Positions 41,818 to 51,239 of a stretch of DNA of 64,000 nucleotides are shown piece after piece. The DNA lies in the NCBI GenBank assembly GCA_903860135.1, contig CAIOPG010000007.1, positions 130,100 through 194,099 of the forward strand. Reading direction: 5' to 3'. The stretch comes from Candidatus Omnitrophota bacterium (GTDB taxonomy: Bacteria; Omnitrophota; Gorgyraeia; Zapsychrales; Fredricksoniimonadaceae). Made by a program: the position numbers and the translations under genes. The notes below the pieces were generated by a model. The model had not been told where the DNA came from, made no database searches, and saw nothing but the letters and a program-made list of their open reading frames with translations. Position 1 is the first letter of the stretch; the number at the start of each line of letters is the position of its first letter.

Positions 41818-42984
41818 ATGATCAGGGTCAACTCACGCATCGCGCAGGTATCAGGATCGACGACGCTTGCGATCACGGCGAGGGCAAATGAGTTAAAAGC
41901 TCAGGGCGTTGACGTGGTGAGTTTTGCTGCGGGTGAACCTGATTTTGATACGCCTGAATATATTAAAGATGCTGCTATCAACGCCATAAAATCAGGGTTT
42001 ACCAAGTATACACCTTCAAGTGGCACAGAAGAGTTGCGCATTGCGATTTGCGACAAATTAAAGTGCGACAATAACCTTGAATATAAACCTGGACAGGTTG
42101 TTGTTGGTTCAGGGGCAAAACATGTTATATTTAATGCGGTCATGGTTTTGTGTGATTCCGGTGACGAAGTATTGATTCCGGCACCTTATTGGGTCAGTTA
42201 TCCAGAGATGGTTAAGGTGGCTGGGGCAACGCCTCGATATATTCAAACAACGCCAGCCTCACGATTTAAGATGACACCCGACCAGTTAAGGTCTGCGATC
42301 ACTCCTAAAACAAAATTACTTATTCTCAATTCGCCTTCCAATCCAACCGGTTCTGTTTATTCACGTGATGATTTAGAAATTATAGCGGATATTTGTGTCA
42401 AGCATCACATTTATGTTATTTCAGATGAGATCTATGAGAAGCTTCTTTACACAAAGGATACGTTTACGTCCATAGCGGCATTGGGTAAAGATATTTATGA
42501 TCTTACCATTACAGTTAATGGGATGTCCAAGGCATATGCTATGACAGGGTGGCGCATCGGTTACGCTGCGGGTCCTTTAGCGATCATGGGGCATATCAAG
42601 AATCTTCAGGATCATTCAACATCTAATCCTTGTTCTATCAGTCAAAAAGCAGCTCTTGCGGCATTGCGTGTTCCAGATAATGGTCTTGAACTAATGTGCA
42701 ATGAGTTTTTGTCACGTCGTGATTTAATGATGTCGTTGGTTGATACCATCCCAGGTGTCAGTTATATTAAGCCTGAAGGCGCATTTTATTTATTTTGCGA
42801 TTTTTCTAAATACGGTCTTTGTGCGGATGTCGCTAGGCGAATCCTGAACGAAGTCAATGTGGCGGTCATCCCAGGGGACGGCTTTGGCTCTGAGGGTTAC
42901 TTGCGACTTACTTTTTGTACTTCCAAGGAACGTATTCGCGAAGGGATTAACCGTATTAAGGAATGGATCGCCAGATCCAGTTAA
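41818..42984 (+). CDS. class I/II pyridoxal-phosphate aminotransferase (aspartate aminotransferase-like)
   Basis: NSPSNPTG with lysine in the MSKAYAMTGWRIGY region. ATG 41818 lies directly after the rplQ stop; the track ORF begins at 41725 inside rplQ. Confidence 0.85.
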   Translation: MIRVNSRIAQVSGSTTLAITARANELKAQGVDVVSFAAGEPDFDTPEYIKDAAINAIKSGFTKYTPSSGTEELRIAICDKLKCDNNLEYKPGQVVVGSGAKHVIFNAVMVLCDSGDEVLIPAPYWVSYPEMVKVAGATPRYIQTTPASRFKMTPDQLRSAITPKTKLLILNSPSNPTGSVYSRDDLEIIADICVKHHIYVISDEIYEKLLYTKDTFTSIAALGKDIYDLTITVNGMSKAYAMTGWRIGYAAGPLAIMGHIKNLQDHSTSNPCSISQKAALAALRVPDNGLELMCNEFLSRRDLMMSLVDTIPGVSYIKPEGAFYLFCDFSKYGLCADVARRILNEVNVAVIPGDGFGSEGYLRLTFCTSKERIREGINRIKEWIARSS

Positions 42985-42991
42985 TTGATTT

Positions 42992-44062
42992 ATGGTTATC
43001 GAGCTAAGAGAACTGCTTCTTGCCGCTGTAAATCAGCACGCGTCTGATCTCCACCTGACCAATGCAATGCCTCCTGTATTACGTATTGACGGGGAGTTAA
43101 AACCACTTGCTAAATATGAGCCTTTCAATGAAAATGATCTTAAAAGAATCATTTATAACATTTTAACCAACGAACAGAAAATCAAGTTTGAAGAGGAAAA
43201 AGAATTCGATTTTTCTTTGGCGTTGTCAGGACTTGACCGTTTCCGTGTAAATATACATCAGCAACGTGGCTGTGTGGAAGCGGCTTTCCGACGGATACCT
43301 CTTTATATACCGACCATTGATGACCTCAAACTTCCGCCTGTTGTTGGAACTTTGGCGCGTAAGACCAACGGCCTTGTGTTGGTGACCGGGGCAACGGGGA
43401 TGGGAAAATCAACAACAATGGCGGCCATGGTTCAGTTGATTAATATGGAAAAACGCTGTTTGATCATGTCCATTGAAGATCCGATCGAGTTTATCCATAC
43501 CAACAGGAAAGCCATCATTAAACAACGTGAAGTTTACAGGGATACACATTCTTTTGCTGAAGCACTCAAGCGTTGCTTGCGTCAGGATCCTGATGTGATC
43601 GTTGTTGGCGAGATGCGTGATCTGGAAACAATTTCAACGGCTCTTACGGCAGCGGAAACGGGGCATTTGGTTTTGGCCACACTACATACGCCCGATGCAC
43701 CACAGACCATTGAACGTGTTATTGATGTTTTTCCACCGTATCAGCAACAACAGGTGCGTCAGCAACTTTCAACATGTTTGCAGGGAGTCATTTCTCAGCG
43801 TCTTATGCCACACGCCAGCGGGAATGGGCGCGCCTTGGGTATGGAGGTGATGGTGGCAACTCCGGCGATCCGCAATATGATTCGGGAGAAGTCGGTCGAG
43901 CAGATTCCTACGTCCATGCAGACAGGTGCGCAGTTTGGTATGAAGACGATGGATCGCTCTCTTAAGGAGCTTGTTGAGGCGGGTCACATAACTTATGAGA
44001 TGGCGATGACAAATGCCAAAAATGTTGAAGAACTGCGCCAGTTTCTGAGAGCATCCAAATAA
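42992..44062 (+). CDS. pilT: type IV pilus retraction ATPase PilT
   Basis: Walker A GATGMGKSTT, Asp box and His box (HLVLATLHT), 356 aa. Confidence 0.88.
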   Translation: MVIELRELLLAAVNQHASDLHLTNAMPPVLRIDGELKPLAKYEPFNENDLKRIIYNILTNEQKIKFEEEKEFDFSLALSGLDRFRVNIHQQRGCVEAAFRRIPLYIPTIDDLKLPPVVGTLARKTNGLVLVTGATGMGKSTTMAAMVQLINMEKRCLIMSIEDPIEFIHTNRKAIIKQREVYRDTHSFAEALKRCLRQDPDVIVVGEMRDLETISTALTAAETGHLVLATLHTPDAPQTIERVIDVFPPYQQQQVRQQLSTCLQGVISQRLMPHASGNGRALGMEVMVATPAIRNMIREKSVEQIPTSMQTGAQFGMKTMDRSLKELVEAGHITYEMAMTNAKNVEELRQFLRASK

Positions 44063-44071
44063 AAGGTTGTT

Positions 44072-45157
44072 ATGCCGTATCGTGTGACATTATTTCCAGG
44101 TGATGGGATCGGGCCGGAAGTGACATCAGCCATGAGGAAGTGTGTCGATGCTACGGGTGTTGACATTGATTGGGAAGAGGTTATGGTAGGTGCTCCTGCC
44201 GTTGAACGTTTTGGCACACCCTTGCCACCGGCAGCGATTGATTCTGTGAGAAGAAATAAGGTAGCGATCAAAGGGCCCATCGAGACCCCCGTGGGTAAAG
44301 GTTTTCGATCAGTCAATGTTCAGTTGAGGCAGGAGCTTGATCTTTATGCTTGTCTGCGCCCAGTGAAATATTTTAAAGGTACAAGGGCGGTCAACACAAA
44401 CGTGGATATTGTCATTGTCCGTGAAAACACCGAGGATCTTTATGCTGGTGTTGAGTTTGATGTAGGTTCTGACCAGGCGAACCATCTTATCCGTGAGATC
44501 AATTCGCTTTCTGCGAAGAAGGTGCGGCTTGATTCAGCCATTTCTATTAAGCCCATTTCTATTTTTGGATCAGAACGCATCATCCGTTATGCCTTTGAAT
44601 ACGCCATTAAGAACGGGCGCAAGAAAGTGTCTCTTGTTCACAAAGCGAATATCATGAAGTTTACCGATGGACTTTTCTTAAGCATCGGGCGAAAAATTGC
44701 CGAAGAATTTTCTGGCCGCGTTGTATTTGAAGATGTCATTGTTGACAACATGTGCATGCAGCTTGTTCAGAAGCCGGAGCTTTATGATGTCCTTGTCCTG
44801 CCGAATCTGTATGGCGATATTGTTTCCGATCTTTGTGCTGGACTAGTTGGCGGACTTGGCATCGCGCCTGGAGCGAATATCGGGTCTGTAGCAGCATTAT
44901 TTGAGCCGGTGCACGGCTCTGCGCCAAAGTACGCGGGGCAAAATAAGGTTAATCCTACAGCTACTATTTTGTCGGCGGTCATGATGTTGCGGCACTTGGG
45001 TGAAATGGATGCTGCTGTGCGTCTGGAGCGCGCGGTTGAAGATGTTGTCCGGGACGGCCAGGATGTAACGTATGATCTTAAGGCTGATCGCCATGACACT
45101 TCAGCCGTCGGTACCCGAGAAATGGCCGAGGCTATTTGCCGCCGTTTAACGAAATAA
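44072..45157 (+). CDS. NAD-dependent isocitrate/homoisocitrate/isopropylmalate dehydrogenase family enzyme (closest to the NAD-IDH type)
   Basis: LFPGDGIGPEV, SVNVQLRQELDLYACLRP, NLYGDIVSD and GSAPKYAG motifs, 361 aa. Confidence 0.8.
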   Translation: MPYRVTLFPGDGIGPEVTSAMRKCVDATGVDIDWEEVMVGAPAVERFGTPLPPAAIDSVRRNKVAIKGPIETPVGKGFRSVNVQLRQELDLYACLRPVKYFKGTRAVNTNVDIVIVRENTEDLYAGVEFDVGSDQANHLIREINSLSAKKVRLDSAISIKPISIFGSERIIRYAFEYAIKNGRKKVSLVHKANIMKFTDGLFLSIGRKIAEEFSGRVVFEDVIVDNMCMQLVQKPELYDVLVLPNLYGDIVSDLCAGLVGGLGIAPGANIGSVAALFEPVHGSAPKYAGQNKVNPTATILSAVMMLRHLGEMDAAVRLERAVEDVVRDGQDVTYDLKADRHDTSAVGTREMAEAICRRLTK

Positions 45158-45180
45158 ATAAAAATTTTTATTTTTTGCTG

Positions 45181-45220
45181 GCCCCGAGGTTGTCATAGAT
45201 CTCTACGGGGTCTTTTTTTT
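45181..45220 (+). terminator. rho-independent terminator after the dehydrogenase gene
   Basis: CCCCG...CGGGG stem (45182-45186 with 45206-45210) followed by a T8 run at 45213-45220. Confidence 0.5.
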
Positions 45221-45235
45221 GGAAGGACGAGCGAT

Positions 45236-45895
45236 ATGCGTGTCATACATTGGGGCATGATCGAGTATGCCTCCGCATGGCATCAGCAAAAGGAACTTGT
45301 GCGCGAGGTTGCTGCGGGTGCGCCGTCAGCAATTGTTCTTTGTGAGCATCCGTCTGTTATTACGTTCGGACGCAAAGCATCAGATGCTAACATCTTTTTA
45401 CCCAAGGATGTTCTTGAACAGCGTGGCGTTGTCTGCGTGTCGGTCGACAGAGGGGGGGATGTGACGCTTCACGCGCCGGGCCAACTCATTGTTTATCCTA
45501 TTATAAATCTTAAGCTTTTTGGTCGGGATATCAAAGCCTGTCTTCAAAAAATGGAACAGGCTTCCGTTGCTTTCCTGCGTGATTTTGGTATAGTGGCTAA
45601 AGGTCAGGAAGGTCATGGGGCGTCTGCGTATCGCGGTGTGTGGGTTGGTTCACGCAAGATCGCTTCAATAGGGATCGGGATTTCCCGCTGGGTCACCTAT
45701 CACGGAATAGGCTTGAATATCACCACTGACCTCGGGCTTTTTGATTATATTCGTCCGTGTGGGCTTGATGTCCGCATGACGTCACTCCAAGATTTGACCG
45801 GACAGACTTTGCCCATGCGAGAGGCAGCGGAAAGATTCGCCGGTCATTGCGTAAGGATATTTGATGGTCAGGATCATTCTTCCAGAATTGGGTGA
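45236..45895 (+). CDS. lipB: octanoyl-[ACP]:protein N-octanoyltransferase LipB
   Basis: RGGDVTLHAPGQL and the IRPCGLDV active-site Cys region, 219 aa. Confidence 0.88.
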   Translation: MRVIHWGMIEYASAWHQQKELVREVAAGAPSAIVLCEHPSVITFGRKASDANIFLPKDVLEQRGVVCVSVDRGGDVTLHAPGQLIVYPIINLKLFGRDIKACLQKMEQASVAFLRDFGIVAKGQEGHGASAYRGVWVGSRKIASIGIGISRWVTYHGIGLNITTDLGLFDYIRPCGLDVRMTSLQDLTGQTLPMREAAERFAGHCVRIFDGQDHSSRIG

Positions 45896-46136
45896 TGGGA
45901 TTGTCGACGCTGAGATCGTCCGGTGGCATTGCCGGGAAGGTCAGTCAGTAAAATTCGATGAGGATGTTGTGGAGCTTGTGACGGATAAGGCTGTTTTTAA
46001 TGTGCCGGCAGATTTTTCCGGCAGGATCATGAAGATTTATTATAACGAAGGACAGCGGGTCCCGGTGGGCTCTGTGCTGGCGGATCTTGATGAGAATTTT
46101 TCTGGAGCACCGGAAGGTGCAGAACGAGGGGTATGA
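45861..46136 (+). CDS. stand-alone lipoyl/biotinyl-attachment domain protein (E2-type lipoyl domain)
   Basis: EIVRWHCREGQSVKFDEDVVELVTDKAVFNVPADFSGRIMKI matches the canonical lipoyl-lysine context. 91 aa; overlaps the lipB 3' end by 35 nt. Confidence 0.75.
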   Translation: MMVRIILPELGDGIVDAEIVRWHCREGQSVKFDEDVVELVTDKAVFNVPADFSGRIMKIYYNEGQRVPVGSVLADLDENFSGAPEGAERGV

Positions 46137-47257
46137 AAAAGCGAAAAGTTCTTTTGATGTATATTTCAAGGGTGTCCGGTCACCGGCAGGCTACGGTTGC
46201 GATTTCCAAATCTTTGAAGAAATTCATTCCTGACGCTGACGTCATGAGCATCAACGGGTTTGGCTATAACTATCCGTTGCTCGAGCAGGTGGTCAATGCC
46301 GCCTATATGACGGTGATCAAGCACACACCGAAAGTTTGGGATTATATTTATGATAATCCCAAGGTGGTGAAACGCTCTGCCAATATGCGCAAGTTCCTTA
46401 ATAAGTCGAGCCATAAGAAACTTGAGAAGCTGTTCAAGGATTTTCCGGCGGATACTGTTATTTGTTCCCAGGCTTTTCCTTGCAGTATGGTGGCTGATTA
46501 TAAAGTGTCTCGCGGGCTCGGATTCAATCTGATCGGTACCTTGACGGATTATGCCCCGCATGCCTACTGGATCAACGAGGGTGTTGATTATTATATTGTA
46601 CCGTCAGATGATACCCGGGAGCGTTTTATCAAAAAGGGTGTCGCCCCTGAAAAGATCAAGGCGTTGGGTATCCCGATCCGTTATAAGTTTGCTGAAAAGA
46701 TCGACAAGAAAGTTGCCCGAGGGAACCTTGGGCTTGACCCTGATATTCCTGTTGTGCTGGTCATGGGCGGCGGTCAGGGCCTTGGCCCCATGAAGGATGC
46801 TGTGAAAGAACTGTTGGGGATGAAGTTGCCGCTACAGCTCATTGTGGTTGCCGGCGCGAATGTGAAGTTGTTCCAGTGGCTCAAGAAAGCTTCTGTGATT
46901 TCTTCCAAAAAGATCCTGTATTATGATTATGCTAATAATGTGGATGAGCTTATGGAGGCGGCGGATCTTATTGTGTCCAAGCCCGGCGGTATGACAACTT
47001 CCGAGTGCCTGTCCAAAGGCCTTCCCATGGTCATCATTAATCCTTTGCCTGGCCAGGAAGAGCGCAATGCTAATTTTCTATTGGAACAGGGCATCGCGGT
47101 GCGTGTCAATGATCTTGTGGATCTTGCTGACGAGGTTGAGATCCTGTTCAAATCACCTGAACGGCTGAAAGGCATGACCAAAGCGGCTTACGCCAGCGGC
47201 AAGCCTCATGCGGCAGATGATATTGCCCGGCTTGTTATGGGTCTTCCTTCACATTGA
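46133..47257 (+). CDS. GT28-family glycosyltransferase (MGDG/diglucosyl-diacylglycerol synthase-like, MurG fold)
   Basis: The N-terminal MGDG_synth-like region (GHRQA..AI) and C-terminal GT-B region (VMGGGQGLG...SKPGGMTTSE) suggest this family. 374 aa; ATGA-coupled to the lipoyl-domain gene. Confidence 0.7.
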   Translation: MKKRKVLLMYISRVSGHRQATVAISKSLKKFIPDADVMSINGFGYNYPLLEQVVNAAYMTVIKHTPKVWDYIYDNPKVVKRSANMRKFLNKSSHKKLEKLFKDFPADTVICSQAFPCSMVADYKVSRGLGFNLIGTLTDYAPHAYWINEGVDYYIVPSDDTRERFIKKGVAPEKIKALGIPIRYKFAEKIDKKVARGNLGLDPDIPVVLVMGGGQGLGPMKDAVKELLGMKLPLQLIVVAGANVKLFQWLKKASVISSKKILYYDYANNVDELMEAADLIVSKPGGMTTSECLSKGLPMVIINPLPGQEERNANFLLEQGIAVRVNDLVDLADEVEILFKSPERLKGMTKAAYASGKPHAADDIARLVMGLPSH

Positions 47258-47277
47258 TGTGTATATAATGGGTGATC

Positions 47278-48138
47278 ATGTTCCAGTATTTTTTATATAA
47301 AGTCGCGCTTCTTATCATTCATGTTGTTCCTCGCCGCTGGGCCTATGGGGTGGCTGAGTTTCTGGCTGACCAGCAATTTCATTTTTCCCACAAGGATAGA
47401 GAAGCGGTGATGCGCAATCTTCGGCAGATCACCGGCAGGCAGGATGTCGCGCGCGAAGATGTGCGACGGGTTTTTTTGAATTTTGGTCGCTATCTGGTCG
47501 ATTTTTTCTTGATGTATAAAATGGTTGATGCTTCTTTTGTGCGCGATCATGTGACAGTCAATGGGCTGGAGCATCTCACCGTAGCGCATGGTCAAGGACG
47601 GGGCGTGGTTATTCTGACAGCGCACATTGGCAATTGGGAGATGGGGGCGGCGGTGTTGCGCCAGCTCGGCTTTCCTGTGACCGCGATTGCTTTGCCGCAC
47701 AAAAATCCGAAAGTGAATATTCTTTTTAACCGGCAGCGCGAGGCGCACGGGGTGACGGTTGTTCCCACCAGTGTGGCGGTGCGTCGGTGCCTGGGGGCAT
47801 TGCGCAAGGGGGGTCTTGTTGCCCTTTTAGGAGATCGTGATTTTGGCCCGTTTGGGAAGCCGCTGAGTTTTTTGGGACGTACGACACTGATCCCTCAGGG
47901 AGCGGCTTTTTTTGCGAGTCGGACAGGAGCACCGATTGTTCCCTGTTTTCTGAAGCCTGACGGGGATGGTCATTATACGATGGATATTTGCTCTCCGATC
48001 TGTTTATCCGCTGGCGATACGGACAAGGAAGCTCCTTTAATTGCTGTGATGGCACAATATGCCGCGTTGATTGAAGATAAGATCAGGAAGGATCCGACAC
48101 AATGGCTTATGTTCAGGGAGTTTGGCATTGAATTCTAA
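47278..48138 (+). CDS. LpxL/HtrB/PatA-family lipid acyltransferase (lauroyl/myristoyl acyltransferase superfamily)
   Basis: HIGNWEMG acyltransferase motif, about 285 aa. Alternative start GTG 47272. Confidence 0.75.
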   Translation: MFQYFLYKVALLIIHVVPRRWAYGVAEFLADQQFHFSHKDREAVMRNLRQITGRQDVAREDVRRVFLNFGRYLVDFFLMYKMVDASFVRDHVTVNGLEHLTVAHGQGRGVVILTAHIGNWEMGAAVLRQLGFPVTAIALPHKNPKVNILFNRQREAHGVTVVPTSVAVRRCLGALRKGGLVALLGDRDFGPFGKPLSFLGRTTLIPQGAAFFASRTGAPIVPCFLKPDGDGHYTMDICSPICLSAGDTDKEAPLIAVMAQYAALIEDKIRKDPTQWLMFREFGIEF

Positions 48139-48799
48139 AATTTGCGTTCTTATTCCTGCGCACAATGAGGCGCGAACCATCGCTGATGTTGTCAAAAGTG
48201 TCCGTCAAATGGGTTTTGCTGTTGTTGTTGTAGATGACGGATCATCGGATGGTTGCGGTCAACTGGCGGCGGCGGCTGGTGCTGAACTCTTGGTTAATTA
48301 TAAAAATCAGGGCAAGGGGTTTTCGTTGCAGCGCGGGTTCGATCATATCATCAGCCGTGCCTATGAGGCCTTGATCACCCTTGATGCCGACGGTCAGCAC
48401 GCAGTCAGCGACCTGCCGGCTTTCGTCGAGCTTTTTGAAGCCAAGAAGCCTGATATCATTTGCGGGAATCGGATGAAAGATCATCGTGACATGCCCGTTG
48501 TCCGCTTATGGACCAACAGGATCATGTCGGGGTTAATTTCTTTTGTCTGCCGTCAGAAGATTCATGACACACAGTGTGGCTACCGTCTTATACGCTGCGA
48601 GGTTTTACGCCATATCCAGTTATCTTCTTCCGCGTTTGAGATAGAATCCGAGGTCCTTATCAAGGCCAGCAAGAAGGGCTACCGCATCGCTTCGGTCCCG
48701 GTGCAGACGATCTATGGCGCTGAAGTAAGCAAGATCAATCCTTTTTTTGACACGGTTCGTTTCATTGTATATATCGTGCGGGAAATGTTTGTGCGTTGA
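48128..48799 (+). CDS. GT2-family glycosyltransferase (polyprenyl-phosphate sugar synthase / DPM1-like)
   Basis: CVLIPAHNEA...VVVVDDGSSD...ITLDADGQH. No in-frame ATG; TTG 48128 gives MNSKICVLIPAHNE. The track uses TTG 48071, which overlaps the upstream gene. Confidence 0.7.
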   Translation: MNSKICVLIPAHNEARTIADVVKSVRQMGFAVVVVDDGSSDGCGQLAAAAGAELLVNYKNQGKGFSLQRGFDHIISRAYEALITLDADGQHAVSDLPAFVELFEAKKPDIICGNRMKDHRDMPVVRLWTNRIMSGLISFVCRQKIHDTQCGYRLIRCEVLRHIQLSSSAFEIESEVLIKASKKGYRIASVPVQTIYGAEVSKINPFFDTVRFIVYIVREMFVR

Positions 48800-49500
48800 T
48801 GAGCGATAAATTCTTTCGATATGCGCTTCTTGTTTCTGCCGTCATACATCTTGCCTTTCTGGCAACCTTTTATGTTACCAATAAGAATTTTTTATTTTTG
48901 AAAAAAGTAAAAATGATGACCTATCATATTGTTAAGTCCAAGCCGTTCATTGAGCCCAAAGCCATCGAGCGTCAGAATGACAGGGTTGAGGCGCGCATGA
49001 TGGAGAAGCTTTATGAACCGGCTCAACCACCCCCGAAAGTCAAGGAGATGTCCGCGCAGGGATCGCGGATCGATCCTTTTTCAAAAGAGCTTTCCGGTGT
49101 TATGGATAAGGTTGATATCTTTGAACGCAAACCTGAAAAGTTTAAGGGTACCCATGTGACCAAGGCGGTGTCGGTGCCGTTGTTGAAGTCGGAAAAGATA
49201 AATACGCCTTCGTATGCGAGTTATTATCAGATCGTGCGGGGGCGCATTCGCGAAAGGGCTTACAGCAATTACACCAAGCTCAGCGTCGGCGATGTCTTTG
49301 TCACTTTTGTTATCAGATCTGACGGGGTGATCTCCGGCTTGCAGGTGCTCGAAGACAGGAGTTCCGCCAATGATTTTTTGCGGGATGTGGGGATCAGAAG
49401 TGTGCGCGAAGCCGCTCCTTTCCCAGCGTTCCCCAAAGATCTTGTTTATCCTGAATTGACGTTTAATGTTTCCATTTCGTTTCAGTACCGCGATGAATAA
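48799..49500 (+). CDS. membrane protein with a TonB-like C-terminal domain
   Basis: N-terminal TM segment (YALLVSAVIHLAFLATFYV); C-terminus VFVTFVIRSDGVISGLQVLEDRSSANDFLRDVGIRSVREAAPFPAFP resembles TonB-C. The TGATG junction overlaps the GT2 gene. Confidence 0.55.
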   Translation: MSDKFFRYALLVSAVIHLAFLATFYVTNKNFLFLKKVKMMTYHIVKSKPFIEPKAIERQNDRVEARMMEKLYEPAQPPPKVKEMSAQGSRIDPFSKELSGVMDKVDIFERKPEKFKGTHVTKAVSVPLLKSEKINTPSYASYYQIVRGRIRERAYSNYTKLSVGDVFVTFVIRSDGVISGLQVLEDRSSANDFLRDVGIRSVREAAPFPAFPKDLVYPELTFNVSISFQYRDE

Positions 49501-49536
49501 GGTAGGTGCGGGTAACCCAAGGAAGGAATGTGTTTT

Positions 49537-49956
49537 ATGAGTCATGATAAATTTATCGATGAAGCATTGAAAGGATCTGCGGTGAATGAAACTTCCAGCG
49601 GTTGTGCAGATGGCTGTGGATGTTCCGAGGGAGGTTGCGGGGATCAGGAAGGCCGTGAGGGCTGTGGTTCGGGGTGCGGCTGCGGGGGGCATGAAGCTGT
49701 CGAGGTTAATTTCTTTACATATTTGACATCGATAGGTTATCAGGCCATGATCTTTTTGGGCGAGATACCTAACCCTTCAACCGGGGAGAATGAGAAAAAT
49801 CTTCGCCAAGCCAAGTTCATCATTGATACGATCGTGATGCTCAAAGAAAAGACCCGAGGGAACCTCAGCGATCAGGAAGCCGCGTTCATTGAAGGAACCC
49901 TCGATGAGCTTCAAGCGAAGTTCCTTGAGCTTGTAGAGAGCGATGGGTTGGTTTGA
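49537..49956 (+). CDS. DUF1844-family protein with a Cys/Gly-rich N-terminal segment
   Basis: The C-terminal region ([17 protein letters not shown]) looks like DUF1844. N-terminus reads [33 protein letters not shown]. Start at ATG 49537, or 49528. Confidence 0.6.
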   Translation: MSHDKFIDEALKGSAVNETSSGCADGCGCSEGGCGDQEGREGCGSGCGCGGHEAVEVNFFTYLTSIGYQAMIFLGEIPNPSTGENEKNLRQAKFIIDTIVMLKEKTRGNLSDQEAAFIEGTLDELQAKFLELVESDGLV

Positions 49957-49957
49957 T

Positions 49958-50134
49958 ATGATCCCCGCTGTGTTGTTGGACATCCTGGCATGCCCCGTGT
50001 GCCGGACCAGTGTTCATGAGAAAGGCGATCAGGTTGTGTGTGATGATCCAGCCTGTGCCTTGGCATATCCTGTCCAGGATGGTATTCCCGTTATGCTTGT
50101 GGGAGAGGCAACAAGCGATATTCGAAAGGGTTAG
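49958..50134 (+). CDS. Trm112-family (UPF0434) small zinc-ribbon protein
   Basis: [11 protein letters not shown]...L...[18 protein letters not shown]. Alternative start ATG 49943, which overlaps the upstream stop. Confidence 0.7.
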   Translation: MIPAVLLDILACPVCRTSVHEKGDQVVCDDPACALAYPVQDGIPVMLVGEATSDIRKG

Positions 50135-50138
50135 GTAT

Positions 50139-51239
50139 ATGGGCAGAAAAAGAGCCCCGGCTATTCACAGATCAGCTTGTACCCTGCCGCCACGGATGCA
50201 GAAGCTTGTGGGTGGGTTTCCTCTTGCCGGTATAGACGCTCTTTTGGTAACACAGGGATCGGATTTGCATTATCTGGCACAATATCCTGTGAGCGATGCC
50301 TGGTTACTGATCACAGCTTGTGAGGTCTTTTATATCACTGATGCCCGTTATGTCAGTGAAGTGGCGAAAGCTGTCAAGGGGGTAACGGTTGTCCGGTTTG
50401 AAAAGTCGCTGGCCGATGAAACGATGCGCATCCTTCATCAGGCAGGCGCCAGGAGCTTGGGGGTCAATGAACGGCATTTGACGGTACATCAGCACAAACA
50501 GCTGGAGGCACTGGCAGCAGGAACGATCACAATCAAGGCTGCGGATGGATGTGTGACGTCTTTAAGGGCGATCAAGGAACCGTGCGAGCTTAGGTTGATG
50601 CGACAGGCCATTGCCTTGAATCTGGCGGCGTATAAATACATTCAAAGGTTCATCAAGGTTGGCGTAACGGAAAAAGAGTTGTTGGGTAAATTGGAAATTT
50701 TCATTCACAGGCACTCGGTTTGTTTCTCATTTGATCCGATCATCGCTTCCGGCCCTAACTCGGCCTTCCCGCACGCGCGGGTCACAGACCGTAGGTTGCG
50801 TCCTAACGAACCTATTCTCATAGACTTAGGAATAGATATCAAAGGGTACAAGTCTGACTTGACACGTATGTTTTTTTTGGGTAATATGCCTGTCGCTTAC
50901 AGGCAAGTTCTTTCCGTTGTGATGGGCGCACAGCTCGAGGCTATCAAAGCCATCAAGCCAGGTGTTCCCGCTAATGATGTGGATGCCAAGGCGAGGTCTT
51001 TTCTCAAGACGCATGGTTTGGCGGATCATTTCAGTCATTCGCTGGGGCATGGGGTTGGACTGGATATACATGAACAGCCGAGGCTTTCGGTCAAGAGTGA
51101 AATGATTTTGCAGGAAAATATGGTTTGCACGGTAGAGCCAGGGGTTTATTTCCCGGGTAAGTACGGGATAAGGCTCGAAGAAATGGTGTTGATAACAAAA
51201 AATGGATGTGAGGTTTTGAGTGTCAATCACAATCAATGA
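50139..51239 (+). CDS. M24-family Xaa-Pro aminopeptidase/dipeptidase
   Basis: N-terminal creatinase-like domain plus a pita-bread domain (DLGIDIKGYKSD, HSLGHGVGLDIHE, EPG). ATG 50139; the track ORF extends upstream to 50010. Confidence 0.82.
   Translation: MGRKRAPAIHRSACTLPPRMQKLVGGFPLAGIDALLVTQGSDLHYLAQYPVSDAWLLITACEVFYITDARYVSEVAKAVKGVTVVRFEKSLADETMRILHQAGARSLGVNERHLTVHQHKQLEALAAGTITIKAADGCVTSLRAIKEPCELRLMRQAIALNLAAYKYIQRFIKVGVTEKELLGKLEIFIHRHSVCFSFDPIIASGPNSAFPHARVTDRRLRPNEPILIDLGIDIKGYKSDLTRMFFLGNMPVAYRQVLSVVMGAQLEAIKAIKPGVPANDVDAKARSFLKTHGLADHFSHSLGHGVGLDIHEQPRLSVKSEMILQENMVCTVEPGVYFPGKYGIRLEEMVLITKNGCEVLSVNHNQ

Noticed and set aside
45452-45458. G7 run in lipB as a second phase-variable tract
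   Set aside because: It is short and encodes the conserved RGGD motif of LipB, so it is under protein constraint rather than being a contingency locus.
49081-49692. 203-aa minus-strand ORF spanning the TonB-like and DUF1844 genes
   Set aside because: It crosses the intergenic region in antisense and the plus-strand genes have domain-level support; composition-driven ORF.
50010-50138. Upstream extension of the M24 peptidase ORF overlapping the Trm112-like gene
   Set aside because: It has a GTG/ATG-poor context and overlaps a conserved small gene; ATG 50139 gives a normal M24 N-terminus.
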